From the NCBI GenBank assembly GCA_902579285.1, contig CACHGA010000002.1, forward strand, positions 7,906 to 71,905: a DNA stretch of 64,000 bases, given 5' to 3'. Shown piece by piece: positions 19,623 through 30,003 of this stretch. The translations under genes and the position numbers were made by a program. Origin of the DNA: an uncultured Pelagibacteraceae bacterium. GTDB taxonomy: Bacteria; Pseudomonadota; Alphaproteobacteria; Pelagibacterales; Pelagibacteraceae. Every line of letters begins with the position of its first letter. Within the stretch, counting starts at the first letter, position 1. The notes beneath the pieces were generated by a model. The model saw nothing but the letters and a program-made list of their open reading frames with translations. It was not told the DNA's origin and ran no database searches.

Positions 19623-20936
19623 TTAATTTTTAATAAGTTTAATAATTTGTTTTAAATCTAACATTTTGGCTTCAAAACCAATTTCCTTAAATTCATATAA
19701 ATCCTTAGACGATTTAGATCCTATTATAATTTGGAAAGGTATCCCTAATAGATCATGTTTTTTAAATTTATTTGAGATATTTTCTTCAATATCATCTAAA
19801 AGCACATCTAAATTATTTTTTCTTAACTCATCATAAAGTTTTTTTGCTTTTTCTAAATTTGATGTATCATTTTTATTTATTGAAGGTATTATTACAATAT
19901 CAAATGGTGATACAGATTTAGGCCACTTCATAATATTATTAACGTACTTAGCTTCGATAATTGCAGCTACTAATCGTGATACTCCTATACCGTAGGAACC
20001 CATTTTAACAAATATTTTTTTTCCATCTTTTGTATCAACTGAACAATTCATTGGTTTGGAATATTTGTCTCCAAAATAGAATATGTGCCCAACTTCAATA
20101 CCTTTGGTCTGTATTTGGTTTCCTTTTTTTACATTTTTATCAAATTCAGATGATTTGTATTTATCATCAGTAACAGCATAATATTTAGAAAAGTCATTTC
20201 TCATTTTTTCTAGAGAGGATCTTTCGTTTTTATAATTATCAACTGAAATATCAAAAACCATTTTGTCGGCATAAATTTTACTTTCACCTGTTTCAGCTAA
20301 AATTATAAATTCATGAGACAGATCTCCACCAATTGGTCCAGTATCAGCCTTCATGGGAATGGATTTGAGACCTAAACGTTGAAATGTTTTAAGGTACGCA
20401 TAGAACATTTTGTTGTAAGTAAGTGAAGCTTCGTTCTCGTTTAAATCAAATGAATATGCATCTTTCATATAAAATTCTCTACACCTCATAACTCCAAAAC
20501 GGGGCCTTAGTTCGTCTCTAAATTTCCACTGTATGTGATAAAAAATTTGCGGCAATAATTTGTAGGATTTCACACTGGATCTAAATATTTCTGTGATTTG
20601 CTCTTCATTTGTAGGCCCATAAAGCATCTCTCGTTTTTGCCGATCAGATATTCTTAGCATTTCTTCGCCATAATCATCATATCTTCCACTTTCTTTCCAT
20701 ATGTCAGCTGATTGAATAGTTGGCATTAACATTTCTTGAGAACCTATATTGTTTTGTTCTTCCCTTACTATTTTCTCTATTTTTTTCATTATTTTGAATC
20801 CAAGTGGTAGCCATGAATAAATACCAGTTGAAGATTGTCTTATCATTCCCGTTCTTAACATTAGTTGATGAGACTTGATTTTTGCCTCAGCAGGCAAATC
20901 TTTTGTTATTGGTACAAAAAGTTTTGATAAAAGCAT
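19623..20936 (-). CDS. proS: proline--tRNA ligase (short form lacking the editing insertion)
   Basis: GPTNEE, FRDELRPRFGVMR.REF.MKDAYSF, GIEVGHIF and MGSYGIG motifs; 437 aa. Confidence 0.97.
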   Translation of the reverse strand: MLLSKLFVPITKDLPAEAKIKSHQLMLRTGMIRQSSTGIYSWLPLGFKIMKKIEKIVREEQNNIGSQEMLMPTIQSADIWKESGRYDDYGEEMLRISDRQKREMLYGPTNEEQITEIFRSSVKSYKLLPQIFYHIQWKFRDELRPRFGVMRCREFYMKDAYSFDLNENEASLTYNKMFYAYLKTFQRLGLKSIPMKADTGPIGGDLSHEFIILAETGESKIYADKMVFDISVDNYKNERSSLEKMRNDFSKYYAVTDDKYKSSEFDKNVKKGNQIQTKGIEVGHIFYFGDKYSKPMNCSVDTKDGKKIFVKMGSYGIGVSRLVAAIIEAKYVNNIMKWPKSVSPFDIVIIPSINKNDTSNLEKAKKLYDELRKNNLDVLLDDIEENISNKFKKHDLLGIPFQIIIGSKSSKDLYEFKEIGFEAKMLDLKQIIKLIKN

Positions 20937-22597
20937 TATAATCGAGCAATATTTATATTTGTAAAGGGCTTTTTCCCTGTTCTTTCTTTGATTAACTTTC
21001 TACAATTTTGTTTTATTGTTTCAATAAGGTTCTTTTCTTGGTTTTTATTCTTCATAGAAAATGATCTACAAGTATTAAAGATTTTGTCTTCCATTTCAAA
21101 AATAATTTTTTCATCAAAATTATTTTCTGGTATTCCTCTGTATGAGATTACAGGTTTATTTAATTTGCCACTATTATTCAATATAAGTGTTATTTCCAAA
21201 TATCCGTTCAAAGATAGATTTCTTCTTTCTTTAATAGACTGAGAATTCTCTCCTACCGCAATATTTCCGTCTAAATACATTTTACCAGATGGTGCTTTAT
21301 CAATAACTTCAGGATTTTGGCCGGGATAAATTCTTACTACATCCCCGTCTTCAATTCTAAGTGCATGTGGAATCTGCATTTCTTTTGCAAATCTAATATG
21401 TTCGTTCATATGCCTATGTTCTCCATGCACAGGTATAATAGACTCTGGTTTTACCCAATTATACATATCTTTCAAGTCGTCTCTGTTAGGATGTCCTGAA
21501 ACATGAACAAAATCTGTTTCTTCGGTAACTAATTCAATTTCTTGTCTTACTAGATCGTTGTGTAAAGAGTAGAGCTTCTTCTCATTACCAGGAATAATTT
21601 TAGAAGAAAAAATAACCGTATCACCTTTTTCTATAAACACATCTGGATGAATACCTTTTACTATTCTCTTCATAGCACCCATTGGCTCACCTTGGCTTCC
21701 TGTGCACAAAAAAACCAATTTTTCTCTGGGGAAGTTTTTACTTTCTCTAGGATCAATTGGGTTTTGGATATTTTGCAAATATCCACACTGTTTTGCTGCT
21801 TTAAATATTCTATTCATGGATCTACCAACTAAACAAACTTGTCTATTGATTTTTTCTGCACAGTAAAAAATGGTTTCCATTCTGGCCACATTAGATGCAA
21901 ACGAAGTTACGATAATTCTTTTAGATTTGAGAGACATAATTTTTAAAAGACTTTCTCTAACATCAGACTCTGAACCAGCTCTTCCAGGACTAAAAATATT
22001 TGTTGAGTCACAAATCATAGCTAGAACTTTATTGTTTCCTATTTCTTTGAGTTTTTTTTCGTTTATTTTATCCCCTATTAATGGATTGGGATCGATTTTC
22101 CAGTCACCAGTATGTAAAACCATACCTGCCGGTGTTTTAATACTTAGACCATTAGGTTCTAATATTGAATGAGTCAAACTAACAAACTCAATATTAAATG
22201 GTCCAAGTTCAATTTTACCATTCAATTTAACTATTTTTAAATAATTAGAAATATCTATTTTTTTTTCTTTAAATTTTTCTTGAATAAGCACTGATGTAAA
22301 TGGTGTAGCATATATATTGCATTTTAAATCCGACCATATATGAGATATTGCACCAATATGATCCTCATGTGCATGGGTTAAAACGATCCCAAGTAAATCA
22401 TTTTTTTTATCAATAATAAAAGCTGGATCTGGATAAATTAAATCGACTCCAGGAATAGAGTCATCAGCAAAACTTACACCTGTGTCTACGATTATCCACT
22501 TTTGATTTTCCTCATTACCGTACGCATATAAATTCATGTTTCCACCGATTTGACCAGATCCACCTAATGGACAAAAAATTAATTCATTTTTATTCAT
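20936..22597 (-). CDS. rnj: ribonuclease J
   Basis: THAHEDHIG, TGSQGEP, HVSGH and PVHGE motifs. Confidence 0.97.
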   Translation of the reverse strand: MNKNELIFCPLGGSGQIGGNMNLYAYGNEENQKWIIVDTGVSFADDSIPGVDLIYPDPAFIIDKKNDLLGIVLTHAHEDHIGAISHIWSDLKCNIYATPFTSVLIQEKFKEKKIDISNYLKIVKLNGKIELGPFNIEFVSLTHSILEPNGLSIKTPAGMVLHTGDWKIDPNPLIGDKINEKKLKEIGNNKVLAMICDSTNIFSPGRAGSESDVRESLLKIMSLKSKRIIVTSFASNVARMETIFYCAEKINRQVCLVGRSMNRIFKAAKQCGYLQNIQNPIDPRESKNFPREKLVFLCTGSQGEPMGAMKRIVKGIHPDVFIEKGDTVIFSSKIIPGNEKKLYSLHNDLVRQEIELVTEETDFVHVSGHPNRDDLKDMYNWVKPESIIPVHGEHRHMNEHIRFAKEMQIPHALRIEDGDVVRIYPGQNPEVIDKAPSGKMYLDGNIAVGENSQSIKERRNLSLNGYLEITLILNNSGKLNKPVISYRGIPENNFDEKIIFEMEDKIFNTCRSFSMKNKNQEKNLIETIKQNCRKLIKERTGKKPFTNINIARL

Positions 22598-23352
22598 ATT
22601 AAAAACTTTTTATAAATTTCTATAATTCCTAAGATTGTAATATTTTTTTCTATTTTCACTTTTTTGATTAGACGGTTTTTAAAAAAATTAGCATATCCAC
22701 CAGTTAATATAAGATTTGAACTTATACCATTTTTATTATGTATTTTTTTTAAAATATTGTTTATTAAACCTTCATAACCCCAATAAAAACCTGACGAAAG
22801 TGCCTCCATTGTATTTTTGCCATAACTTTTTGGATATTTTTTAAATTTAAATGACGGTAATAGTGCGGTTGAGGAATATAAATTTTCAATAGAAAGTTTA
22901 ATACCAGGGGCTATTACACCACCATCATAAATGCCTTTTGACTTAATAATATCAAATGTAGTCGCGGTGCCGAAATCAATAACAATACAATTTGACTTAA
23001 ATTTGAAGTATGCACCAACTGAATTGGCTATACGATCTGAACCGAGTTGAGAATATTTCTTAATATTAAATTTCATTAAATTTTTTAAATTAAAGTTTTT
23101 GATTTCATAAACTTGCATTTTTTTCTTTTTAAAAATAAATTTAATTTTATTAAAAACTTGAGGAACTACGCTTGAAAATAGAACTTTTTTATTAAAATTT
23201 TTTTCATTTATATTTTTAATTTTTGTAGTCAATTCTTTTTTTAAATTTGAGCTTTTTGAGTTAAATAAATAAGTATTTTTTATTCTAAATTTTTTATCTA
23301 TTTTACAAATCTTTATATTAGTGTTTCCTATGTCTCCAACTAAATAGTTCAT
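22594..23352 (-). CDS. coaX: type III pantothenate kinase
   Basis: [19 protein letters not shown] and LTGG motifs. Confidence 0.94.
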   Translation of the reverse strand: MNYLVGDIGNTNIKICKIDKKFRIKNTYLFNSKSSNLKKELTTKIKNINEKNFNKKVLFSSVVPQVFNKIKFIFKKKKMQVYEIKNFNLKNLMKFNIKKYSQLGSDRIANSVGAYFKFKSNCIVIDFGTATTFDIIKSKGIYDGGVIAPGIKLSIENLYSSTALLPSFKFKKYPKSYGKNTMEALSSGFYWGYEGLINNILKKIHNKNGISSNLILTGGYANFFKNRLIKKVKIEKNITILGIIEIYKKFLI

Positions 23353-24818
23353 TTTTTTAATTCTGTTTTGAGGATTTCGTTTACTAATTTTGGATTAGCC
23401 TTTCCTGCTGAAATTTTCATTACTTCACCTATAAAGAAACCAAACAATTTAACTTTTCCTGACTTGTACTCTGAGACCTTTTCAGAGTGTTTGTCTAAGA
23501 CTTTTTTAATAATTTTTTTAATTTCTTCAGGATTACTTTGTTGTTTAAGACCCTTATCCTCAATAATTTTGTCAGCCGAAGAACCGGTTTTAACCATAAT
23601 GTCAAAAACTTCTTTTGCAATCTTTCCTGAAATATTTCCAGAAGAAATTTGATTTATCAAAATAGCTAAATTTTTTGGTGTAACCGGTGACTTTTTTATT
23701 TCAATATTTTTTTCATTTAAAACAGCAAAAAGTTCAACAATAATCCAATTTTTTGCAAGTTTAATGTCTGAGGTTTTAATTACCTCTTCAAAAAATTTAG
23801 AAACATCAATCTCAGAAACAAGAACATTGGCCTCATAAGGTGAAAGATTAAATTTTTTTATGTACCTGTCTTTTTTTTGATCTGGAAGCTCTGGCAATTT
23901 CTTTTTTAAATTTTCTACAAAGGATTTTTCAATTTTTAAAGGAAGTAAATCAGGATCTGGAAAGTACCTATAATCATGGGCCTCTTCTTTTAATCTCATT
24001 GATCTGGTCTCTTTTTTTTTGGTATCAAAAAGTCTAGTTTCTTGGTCAATAGATTTACCTGACTCTAATAATTCAACTTGTCTTTTTGCTTCAGAATCAA
24101 TTGCCATTTCCATAAATTTTATTGAGTTTACGTTTTTAATTTCACATCTGGTTCCAAATTTAGTTTCACCTTTTATACGAACAGAAACATTTACATCTGC
24201 TCTTAAGGAGCCTTCTTGCATGTTGCCGTCACATGTACCTAAATATCGCATTATTGATCTGAGCTTTTTAATATAAGAATTTACTTCTTCGGGCGATCTA
24301 AGATCTGGCTTACTCACAATCTCCATTAAAGCAACACCTGATCTATTTAAATCAACATAAGTATTATCAGGACTTAAGTCATGAATACTTTTGCCCGCAT
24401 CTTGCTCTAAGTGCAATCTTTCTATTCCAATTTTTTTACTCCCGTACGGCATATCAAGATTTATCTCCCCTTCTCCCACAATGGGATTTTTATATTGAGA
24501 AATTTGATAACCAGCAGGCAGATCAGCATAGAAATAATTTTTTCTATCAAATATAGAGTCTAAGTTAATTTTTGCATTTAATCCTAAACCAGTTTTGACT
24601 GCTTGTTCTATACAATATTCATTTATTACAGGAAGCATTCCTGGAAAGGCCGAGTCTACCAAACTTACTTGTGTATTTGGTTTTCCACCAAATTTCGTTG
24701 AAGAACCAGAAAACAGTTTAGAGTCTGAAACTACCTGAGCATGCACCTCTAAACCAATAATTACTTCCCAATTATTTTTTTCAGTTTTTATAAAATAATT
24801 AAATTTATCATTCTCCAT
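23349..24818 (-). CDS. gatB: Asp/Glu-tRNA amidotransferase subunit B
   Basis: [25 protein letters not shown] and [10 protein letters not shown] motifs; start moved to MENDK. Confidence 0.97.
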   Translation of the reverse strand: MENDKFNYFIKTEKNNWEVIIGLEVHAQVVSDSKLFSGSSTKFGGKPNTQVSLVDSAFPGMLPVINEYCIEQAVKTGLGLNAKINLDSIFDRKNYFYADLPAGYQISQYKNPIVGEGEINLDMPYGSKKIGIERLHLEQDAGKSIHDLSPDNTYVDLNRSGVALMEIVSKPDLRSPEEVNSYIKKLRSIMRYLGTCDGNMQEGSLRADVNVSVRIKGETKFGTRCEIKNVNSIKFMEMAIDSEAKRQVELLESGKSIDQETRLFDTKKKETRSMRLKEEAHDYRYFPDPDLLPLKIEKSFVENLKKKLPELPDQKKDRYIKKFNLSPYEANVLVSEIDVSKFFEEVIKTSDIKLAKNWIIVELFAVLNEKNIEIKKSPVTPKNLAILINQISSGNISGKIAKEVFDIMVKTGSSADKIIEDKGLKQQSNPEEIKKIIKKVLDKHSEKVSEYKSGKVKLFGFFIGEVMKISAGKANPKLVNEILKTELKK

Positions 24819-26278
24819 TATTTTTCCCACCATCTATCAATTGAATTTTTAAAATTAATAGCTTTTTCCATAGTTAGAGCGATATTTAAAATTGTTTGCT
24901 CATCTAAAGCTTTTGCAATTAATTGTAAACCCATTGGGTAACCCTTACTATCTAATCCGCCAGGAATAGAAATTGCAGGTATACCTGCTAAATTAACAGG
25001 CACTGTAAATATATCATTTAAATACATTGAGATTGGATCATTAGTTTTTTCCCCAAATTTAAATGCAGAACTTGGGGTAGAAGGAGTTAGGATAGCATCT
25101 ACTTTTTTAAAACTTTCATCAAAATCATTTTTAATTAATTTTCTTACCTTTTGGGCCTTCAAGTAATAAGCATCGTAATAACCAGAGGATAAAACATAAG
25201 TTCCAATTAAAACTCTTCGTTTTACCTCTCTACCAAATCCTTCGCCTCTGGTATTTTCGTACATTTCTATGAGGTTTTTTCCTTTTTTCGATCTGTACCC
25301 ATACTTTACTCCATCATATCTCGCTAAATTTGAAGACGCTTCTGCAGGCGCTACTATATAATAAGTTGGTAATGCATAATTAGTGTGTGGAAGAGATATG
25401 TCGACTATAGTGGCGCCTGATTTTTTTAAAATATCTATTCCTTTATTCCAAATATTATCAATTTCTTTTGGCATATTATCAATCCTGTATTCTTTGGGGA
25501 TCCCAATTTTTAAACCTTTCACATTTTCGTTTAAATTTTTTGAATATTGTTCTTTTTTTTTATTAATAGATGTTGAATCCTTTGGGTCATATCCAGACAT
25601 AGCTTCAAGTAAAAGAGCACAATCCTCAACATTTTTAGTCATGGGGCCTGCCTGATCTAAAGATGAAGCAAAAGCCACTATTCCCCATCGTGAACATAAT
25701 CCGTATGTAGGTTTTAAACCTACAGTACCTGTAAAAGATGCTGGTTGTCTTATTGAGCCACCCGTATCAGTACCAATTGTAGCTGGTGTTAAATTTGCTG
25801 CCAATGCACTTGCAGAACCACCGGACGATCCACCAGGAACTAAATTTTTTCCTATTGGATTTATTGCATTACCAAAATAGCTAGTTTCATTCGAAGATCC
25901 CATGGCAAATTCATCACAATTTAGTTTTCCTAAAATTATAGCACCTTCCGACCATAAATTATTTGTTACACTAGACTCATATGATGGTGTAAAATTTTCG
26001 AGAATTTTACTTCCAGCAGTTGTTTTGATATTTTTTGTACAGAATAAATCTTTAACAGCGAGTGGAATGCCAGGAAGTAACCCATTATAATTTTTCTTGC
26101 TATCAAAGTTTTTTGCATTTTTAAGACTTTTTTCGAAACAAGTTGTAATAAAAGAGTTTAATTTTTTTGCCTTTTCTATATTTTTAATAAAAAATTTTGT
26201 TACCTCTAATGAAGATATTTTTTTTGTTTTAATTAAATTTGCAATTTGACTAAGAGTATTTTGGTTAAGATCTGACAT
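24818..26278 (-). CDS. gatA: Asp/Glu-tRNA amidotransferase subunit A
   Basis: Amidase signature [20 protein letters not shown], and SNLARYDG. Confidence 0.97.
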   Translation of the reverse strand: MSDLNQNTLSQIANLIKTKKISSLEVTKFFIKNIEKAKKLNSFITTCFEKSLKNAKNFDSKKNYNGLLPGIPLAVKDLFCTKNIKTTAGSKILENFTPSYESSVTNNLWSEGAIILGKLNCDEFAMGSSNETSYFGNAINPIGKNLVPGGSSGGSASALAANLTPATIGTDTGGSIRQPASFTGTVGLKPTYGLCSRWGIVAFASSLDQAGPMTKNVEDCALLLEAMSGYDPKDSTSINKKKEQYSKNLNENVKGLKIGIPKEYRIDNMPKEIDNIWNKGIDILKKSGATIVDISLPHTNYALPTYYIVAPAEASSNLARYDGVKYGYRSKKGKNLIEMYENTRGEGFGREVKRRVLIGTYVLSSGYYDAYYLKAQKVRKLIKNDFDESFKKVDAILTPSTPSSAFKFGEKTNDPISMYLNDIFTVPVNLAGIPAISIPGGLDSKGYPMGLQLIAKALDEQTILNIALTMEKAINFKNSIDRWWEK

Positions 26279-26280
26279 AT

Positions 26281-26568
26281 TTATTCAACAACTTTTGGTA
26301 CAACGAAAAAATCTTCATTTTTATCAGGTGAATTTTTTAGTATTTCTTCTTTTATCTTACCATCATTGACTTTGTCTTTTCGTGGCTCAAGTGATTTATC
26401 AACTATTGAGTTTAGTGGTTTTACATTATTAGTGTCTAATTTATTGAGCTGCTCAACAAATTTCAATATTGATGCCAAATCATTTGATAAAGACTCTAAA
26501 TTTTTATCATCTAGTGAAATTCTCGATAGTTTAGCAACTTTTTTAACTTGGTTTTTATCAATAGACAT
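26281..26568 (-). CDS. gatC: Asp/Glu-tRNA amidotransferase subunit C
   Basis: VAKLSRI and C-terminal FFVVPKVVE; upstream of gatA. Confidence 0.95.
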   Translation of the reverse strand: MSIDKNQVKKVAKLSRISLDDKNLESLSNDLASILKFVEQLNKLDTNNVKPLNSIVDKSLEPRKDKVNDGKIKEEILKNSPDKNEDFFVVPKVVE

Positions 26569-26621
26569 CTATAAACTATGTTTTAGTTTGTTTAGAAAGT
26601 GGTGTAAAATATAACATATTC

Positions 26622-27077
26622 ATGGAAGATATAGAAGATTTTAAGAAATCTATAGGAAAGAAATCTCGATTATTGGGTATTGACCCGGGTAAAAAAAGGG
26701 TTGGAATAGCTATATCAGATGAAAATAAACTGGTGTCAACACCATTAAAAACAATCTTAAAAAAAAATAACACAAATGTGATAAATGATATTTTAGAAAT
26801 AATAAAAGAAAACAACATCAAAGGAATCGTCGTAGGTAACCCAATAAATATGGACGGTTCAAAAGGTCCATCCTCTCAATCGGCGAAAGATTTTGCTAAA
26901 AATCTATCAAATAATATTTCAATACCCATCGTCATGTGGGATGAAAGATTATCAAGCCAAGGGGCATTCAATTTATCAAGTAATTTAGACATTAATACAT
27001 CCAAAAAAGTTAAAAAATTAGACCAAAACGCTGCCTCATTTATATTACAAGGCGCGATTGATTATATTATCAGATAA
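26622..27077 (+). CDS. ruvX: YqgF/RuvX family nuclease (putative pre-16S rRNA processing)
   Basis: LGIDPGKKRVGIAISD, WDERLSS and D..AA.FILQ motifs. Confidence 0.93.
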   Translation: MEDIEDFKKSIGKKSRLLGIDPGKKRVGIAISDENKLVSTPLKTILKKNNTNVINDILEIIKENNIKGIVVGNPINMDGSKGPSSQSAKDFAKNLSNNISIPIVMWDERLSSQGAFNLSSNLDINTSKKVKKLDQNAASFILQGAIDYIIR

Positions 27078-27082
27078 ATAAC

Positions 27083-27111
27083 TTGCTAAGATAGCACAAA
27101 AGGCCTATAGA
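27083..27111 (+). promoter_or_regulatory. putative sigma70 promoter of pyrB-pyrC-plsY
   Basis: TTGCTA-N17-TATAGA ending 10 nt before the ATG. Confidence 0.5.
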
Positions 27112-27121
27112 GTTAATTTTA

Positions 27122-28066
27122 ATGGCTATTATTAAAAAGTTTTCGGCTGTTAAAAAAATCCAAGAACATCTCTTAGGAATCCAAAATCTTTCTATCAAAG
27201 AAGCCAATCTTATACTAGATGAAGCAAAAAATTTCATAAAATTAAATAGAAGTGCTTCTAAAAAAACGGATTTGCTAAGAGGAAAAACGCAAATAAATTT
27301 ATTTTTTGAACCATCAACTAGAACACAAAGTTCGTTTGAATTAGCTGGTAAAAGATTAGGTGCTGATGTGATGACTATGAATGTAGGAAACTCATCTTTA
27401 AAAAAAGGAGAAACTATATTGGATACCGCAATGACTCTGAACGCAATGCATCCAGATATTATCGTAGTAAGACATCAGGAATCTGGTGCACCAAATCTAT
27501 TATCTCAAAAAGTTAATTGTGCCGTAATAAATGCTGGCGATGGATTAAGAGAGCACCCTACTCAAGCACTTTTAGATGCATTAACTATAAAAAATAGAAA
27601 AGGAAAAATTGAGGGACTTAAAATTGCAATCTGCGGCGACATACTCCATTCAAGAGTAGCAAGATCAAATATCTACTTATTAAATATGTTGGGTGCAGAA
27701 GTAAATATTATATCTCCAAAAACTTTAATACCTGACTCGATTACTAAACTTGGAGTAAAAAGTTTCACAAACATGAAAGAAGGATTGAAATCTTGTGACA
27801 TCGTAATGATGCTGAGATTACAGAATGAGAGAATGAAGGGATCTTTTTTGCCATCAAAAAGAGAGTATTATGAATATTTTGGACTAACACCAGATAAATT
27901 AAGGCTTGCAAAAAAAGATGCTTTAATAATGCATCCAGGACCAATGAATAGAGGTGTCGAAATAGACACAAAATTAGCTGATGATATTAATGTAAGTTTG
28001 GTTAAAGAACAGGTGGAATTAGGAGTTGCGGTAAGAATGGCATGCTTGAAACTATATTGTAAATAA
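27122..28066 (+). CDS. pyrB: aspartate carbamoyltransferase catalytic subunit
   Basis: [30 protein letters not shown] and HPGP motifs. Confidence 0.97.
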   Translation: MAIIKKFSAVKKIQEHLLGIQNLSIKEANLILDEAKNFIKLNRSASKKTDLLRGKTQINLFFEPSTRTQSSFELAGKRLGADVMTMNVGNSSLKKGETILDTAMTLNAMHPDIIVVRHQESGAPNLLSQKVNCAVINAGDGLREHPTQALLDALTIKNRKGKIEGLKIAICGDILHSRVARSNIYLLNMLGAEVNIISPKTLIPDSITKLGVKSFTNMKEGLKSCDIVMMLRLQNERMKGSFLPSKREYYEYFGLTPDKLRLAKKDALIMHPGPMNRGVEIDTKLADDINVSLVKEQVELGVAVRMACLKLYCK

Positions 28067-28068
28067 TA

Positions 28069-29355
28069 ATGAAAGAAAAATATTTTATAAATGCAAGAAT
28101 AATTGATCCCTCTCAAAATATAGATGAGACTGGTGGATTAATTGTTGGATCAGATGGTAAAATTAAATCAGTAGGTAAAAATGTTAAAAAAGATAATATT
28201 TCTTCAAAAGCTGATAAAATTGATTTGAAAGGAAAAGTTTTGATACCTGGAATTGTAGACATGAAAGTTTTTATTGGTGAACCTGGTTATGAATATAAGG
28301 AAAATTTTAGAAGTTTAAGTAGTGCTGCTTTATCAGGTGGTGTAACTTCGGTAGTATCAATGCCGAATACAAGTCCAGTAATAGACAATGTCTCTATGGT
28401 TGATTTTATTCTAAGAAGAGGTAGGGATAAAGCTGGTATTAATATTTATCCATCAGCAACACTTACAAGAAATATGGATGGAAAATTAATGACAGAATTT
28501 GGTTTGTTATCAAAAAAAGGAATAGTTGGATTTACAGATGCAACTAAGACTATTCAAAATCCTGAAATAATGTCTAGAATAATGAACTATGCTTCAGATC
28601 TTGATGTTTTAATAATGCAGCACCCTGAAGATCAAGAACTCTCAAAGGGAAGATGTATTAGTGAAGGCGAGGTTTCTACAAGACTGGGCTTGCAGGGAAT
28701 ACATCATATTGCAGAGAAAATTATTATAGAGAGAGATTTGTCTTTATTAGAAGAGTATCCGTGTAGATATCATATATCACAGTTATCATCGGCGAAATCA
28801 GTCGAGGTTATAAAAAAATATAAAAAAAATGGTCTTAAGTTCACTGCTGGAGTTTCAATAAATAATCTCTCTTTAAATGAAAATGATATTGGGGATTTTA
28901 AAACTTTTTTAAAAATTTCCCCTCCTTTAAGGAAAGAAAATGACAGAAAAGCACTAATTCAAGGTGTAAAGGATGGCATGATAGATGTAATAGTCTCTGA
29001 TCATAAGCCTGAGGACGAGGAGAGTAAAAGGCTTCCATTTGCACAAGCTGCTGAAGGATCTATTGGGATTGAAACCCTTTTGTCTTTAGCTCTTGAACTA
29101 TATCATAATGGATCTCTACCTTTAAAAAAGATAATAGAAACTATTACTTATAACCCGGCAAAAATATTAAAAATCGATAAAGGGACACTAAAAAAAGGTT
29201 CTGATGCCGATTTATGTATTTTTGACCTTGATCAACCATGGAAAGTGGACGTTTCAAAGTTAAAATCAAAATCTAAAAATGCTGCTATAGAAAATAGAAA
29301 ACTTCAAGGAAAAGTTTTAATGACTTACCTTAAGGGGGAAAGTGTTTTTAATTAA
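28069..29355 (+). CDS. pyrC: dihydroorotase-like protein (probably inactive PyrC', ATCase-associated)
   Basis: DHOase fold (MPNT, SDHKP, GIETLL), but the metal-binding HxH reads DMKVF. Confidence 0.88.
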   Translation: MKEKYFINARIIDPSQNIDETGGLIVGSDGKIKSVGKNVKKDNISSKADKIDLKGKVLIPGIVDMKVFIGEPGYEYKENFRSLSSAALSGGVTSVVSMPNTSPVIDNVSMVDFILRRGRDKAGINIYPSATLTRNMDGKLMTEFGLLSKKGIVGFTDATKTIQNPEIMSRIMNYASDLDVLIMQHPEDQELSKGRCISEGEVSTRLGLQGIHHIAEKIIIERDLSLLEEYPCRYHISQLSSAKSVEVIKKYKKNGLKFTAGVSINNLSLNENDIGDFKTFLKISPPLRKENDRKALIQGVKDGMIDVIVSDHKPEDEESKRLPFAQAAEGSIGIETLLSLALELYHNGSLPLKKIIETITYNPAKILKIDKGTLKKGSDADLCIFDLDQPWKVDVSKLKSKSKNAAIENRKLQGKVLMTYLKGESVFN

Positions 29356-29357
29356 TT

Positions 29358-29939
29358 GTGTCTACTGAAGTTTTAATTGTATTCATATCGTCCTACGCAC
29401 TAGGTTCAATTCCTTTTGGACTGATTTTAACTAAAATTTTCATAAATAAAGATTTAAGAAAAATTGGATCTAAAAATATAGGAGCTACAAATGTTTTGAG
29501 AACGGGCAGTAAATCTATTGCTATCTTAACTTTATTACTAGATATTTTAAAAGGTTGTGCAGCAGTATTAATTACTGAGGTTTATTTTCCAAATTTAATT
29601 TTTTTATCAGGTCTCGCAGCATTTCTTGGACATATTTTTCCAGTTTGGTTAAAATTTAATGGAGGCAAAGGTGTTGCAACATATCTTGGTATACTACTTA
29701 TTTTGTCACTTAAGCTTGGATTGATTTTTTGTTTGTCTTGGGTGCTTATAGCTTTTATAACTAAATATTCCTCTTTATCGTCTATCATTTCGACATTAAT
29801 TATTTTTATAATTTCATTTTTGGAGATTAATTTTGAACTAAATACATATTTGTTTATTACCTTTGTCATTGTTTTATACACCCATAGACAGAATATAATT
29901 AGATTAAAAAATAAAGCTGAAGACAAAATTAAACTTTAA
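29358..29939 (+). CDS. plsY: glycerol-3-phosphate acyltransferase PlsY
   Basis: GSIPFG, GS.NIGATNVLR, GGKGVAT and HRQNI.RL motifs. Confidence 0.96.
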   Translation: MSTEVLIVFISSYALGSIPFGLILTKIFINKDLRKIGSKNIGATNVLRTGSKSIAILTLLLDILKGCAAVLITEVYFPNLIFLSGLAAFLGHIFPVWLKFNGGKGVATYLGILLILSLKLGLIFCLSWVLIAFITKYSSLSSIISTLIIFIISFLEINFELNTYLFITFVIVLYTHRQNIIRLKNKAEDKIKL

Positions 29940-30003
29940 AATCAACACTTATTATACTTTAGTTTGACAAAAGACTTTATTTTTGACACTAAGATTAATT
30001 ATA

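Noticed and set aside
26581..26610. TTTTAGTTT...TGGTG(A)TAAAAT shared between the ruvX and lipB upstream regions as a regulator site
   Set aside because: The internal spacing differs (10 versus 3 nt), the genes are functionally unrelated, and chance matches are likely at this AT content
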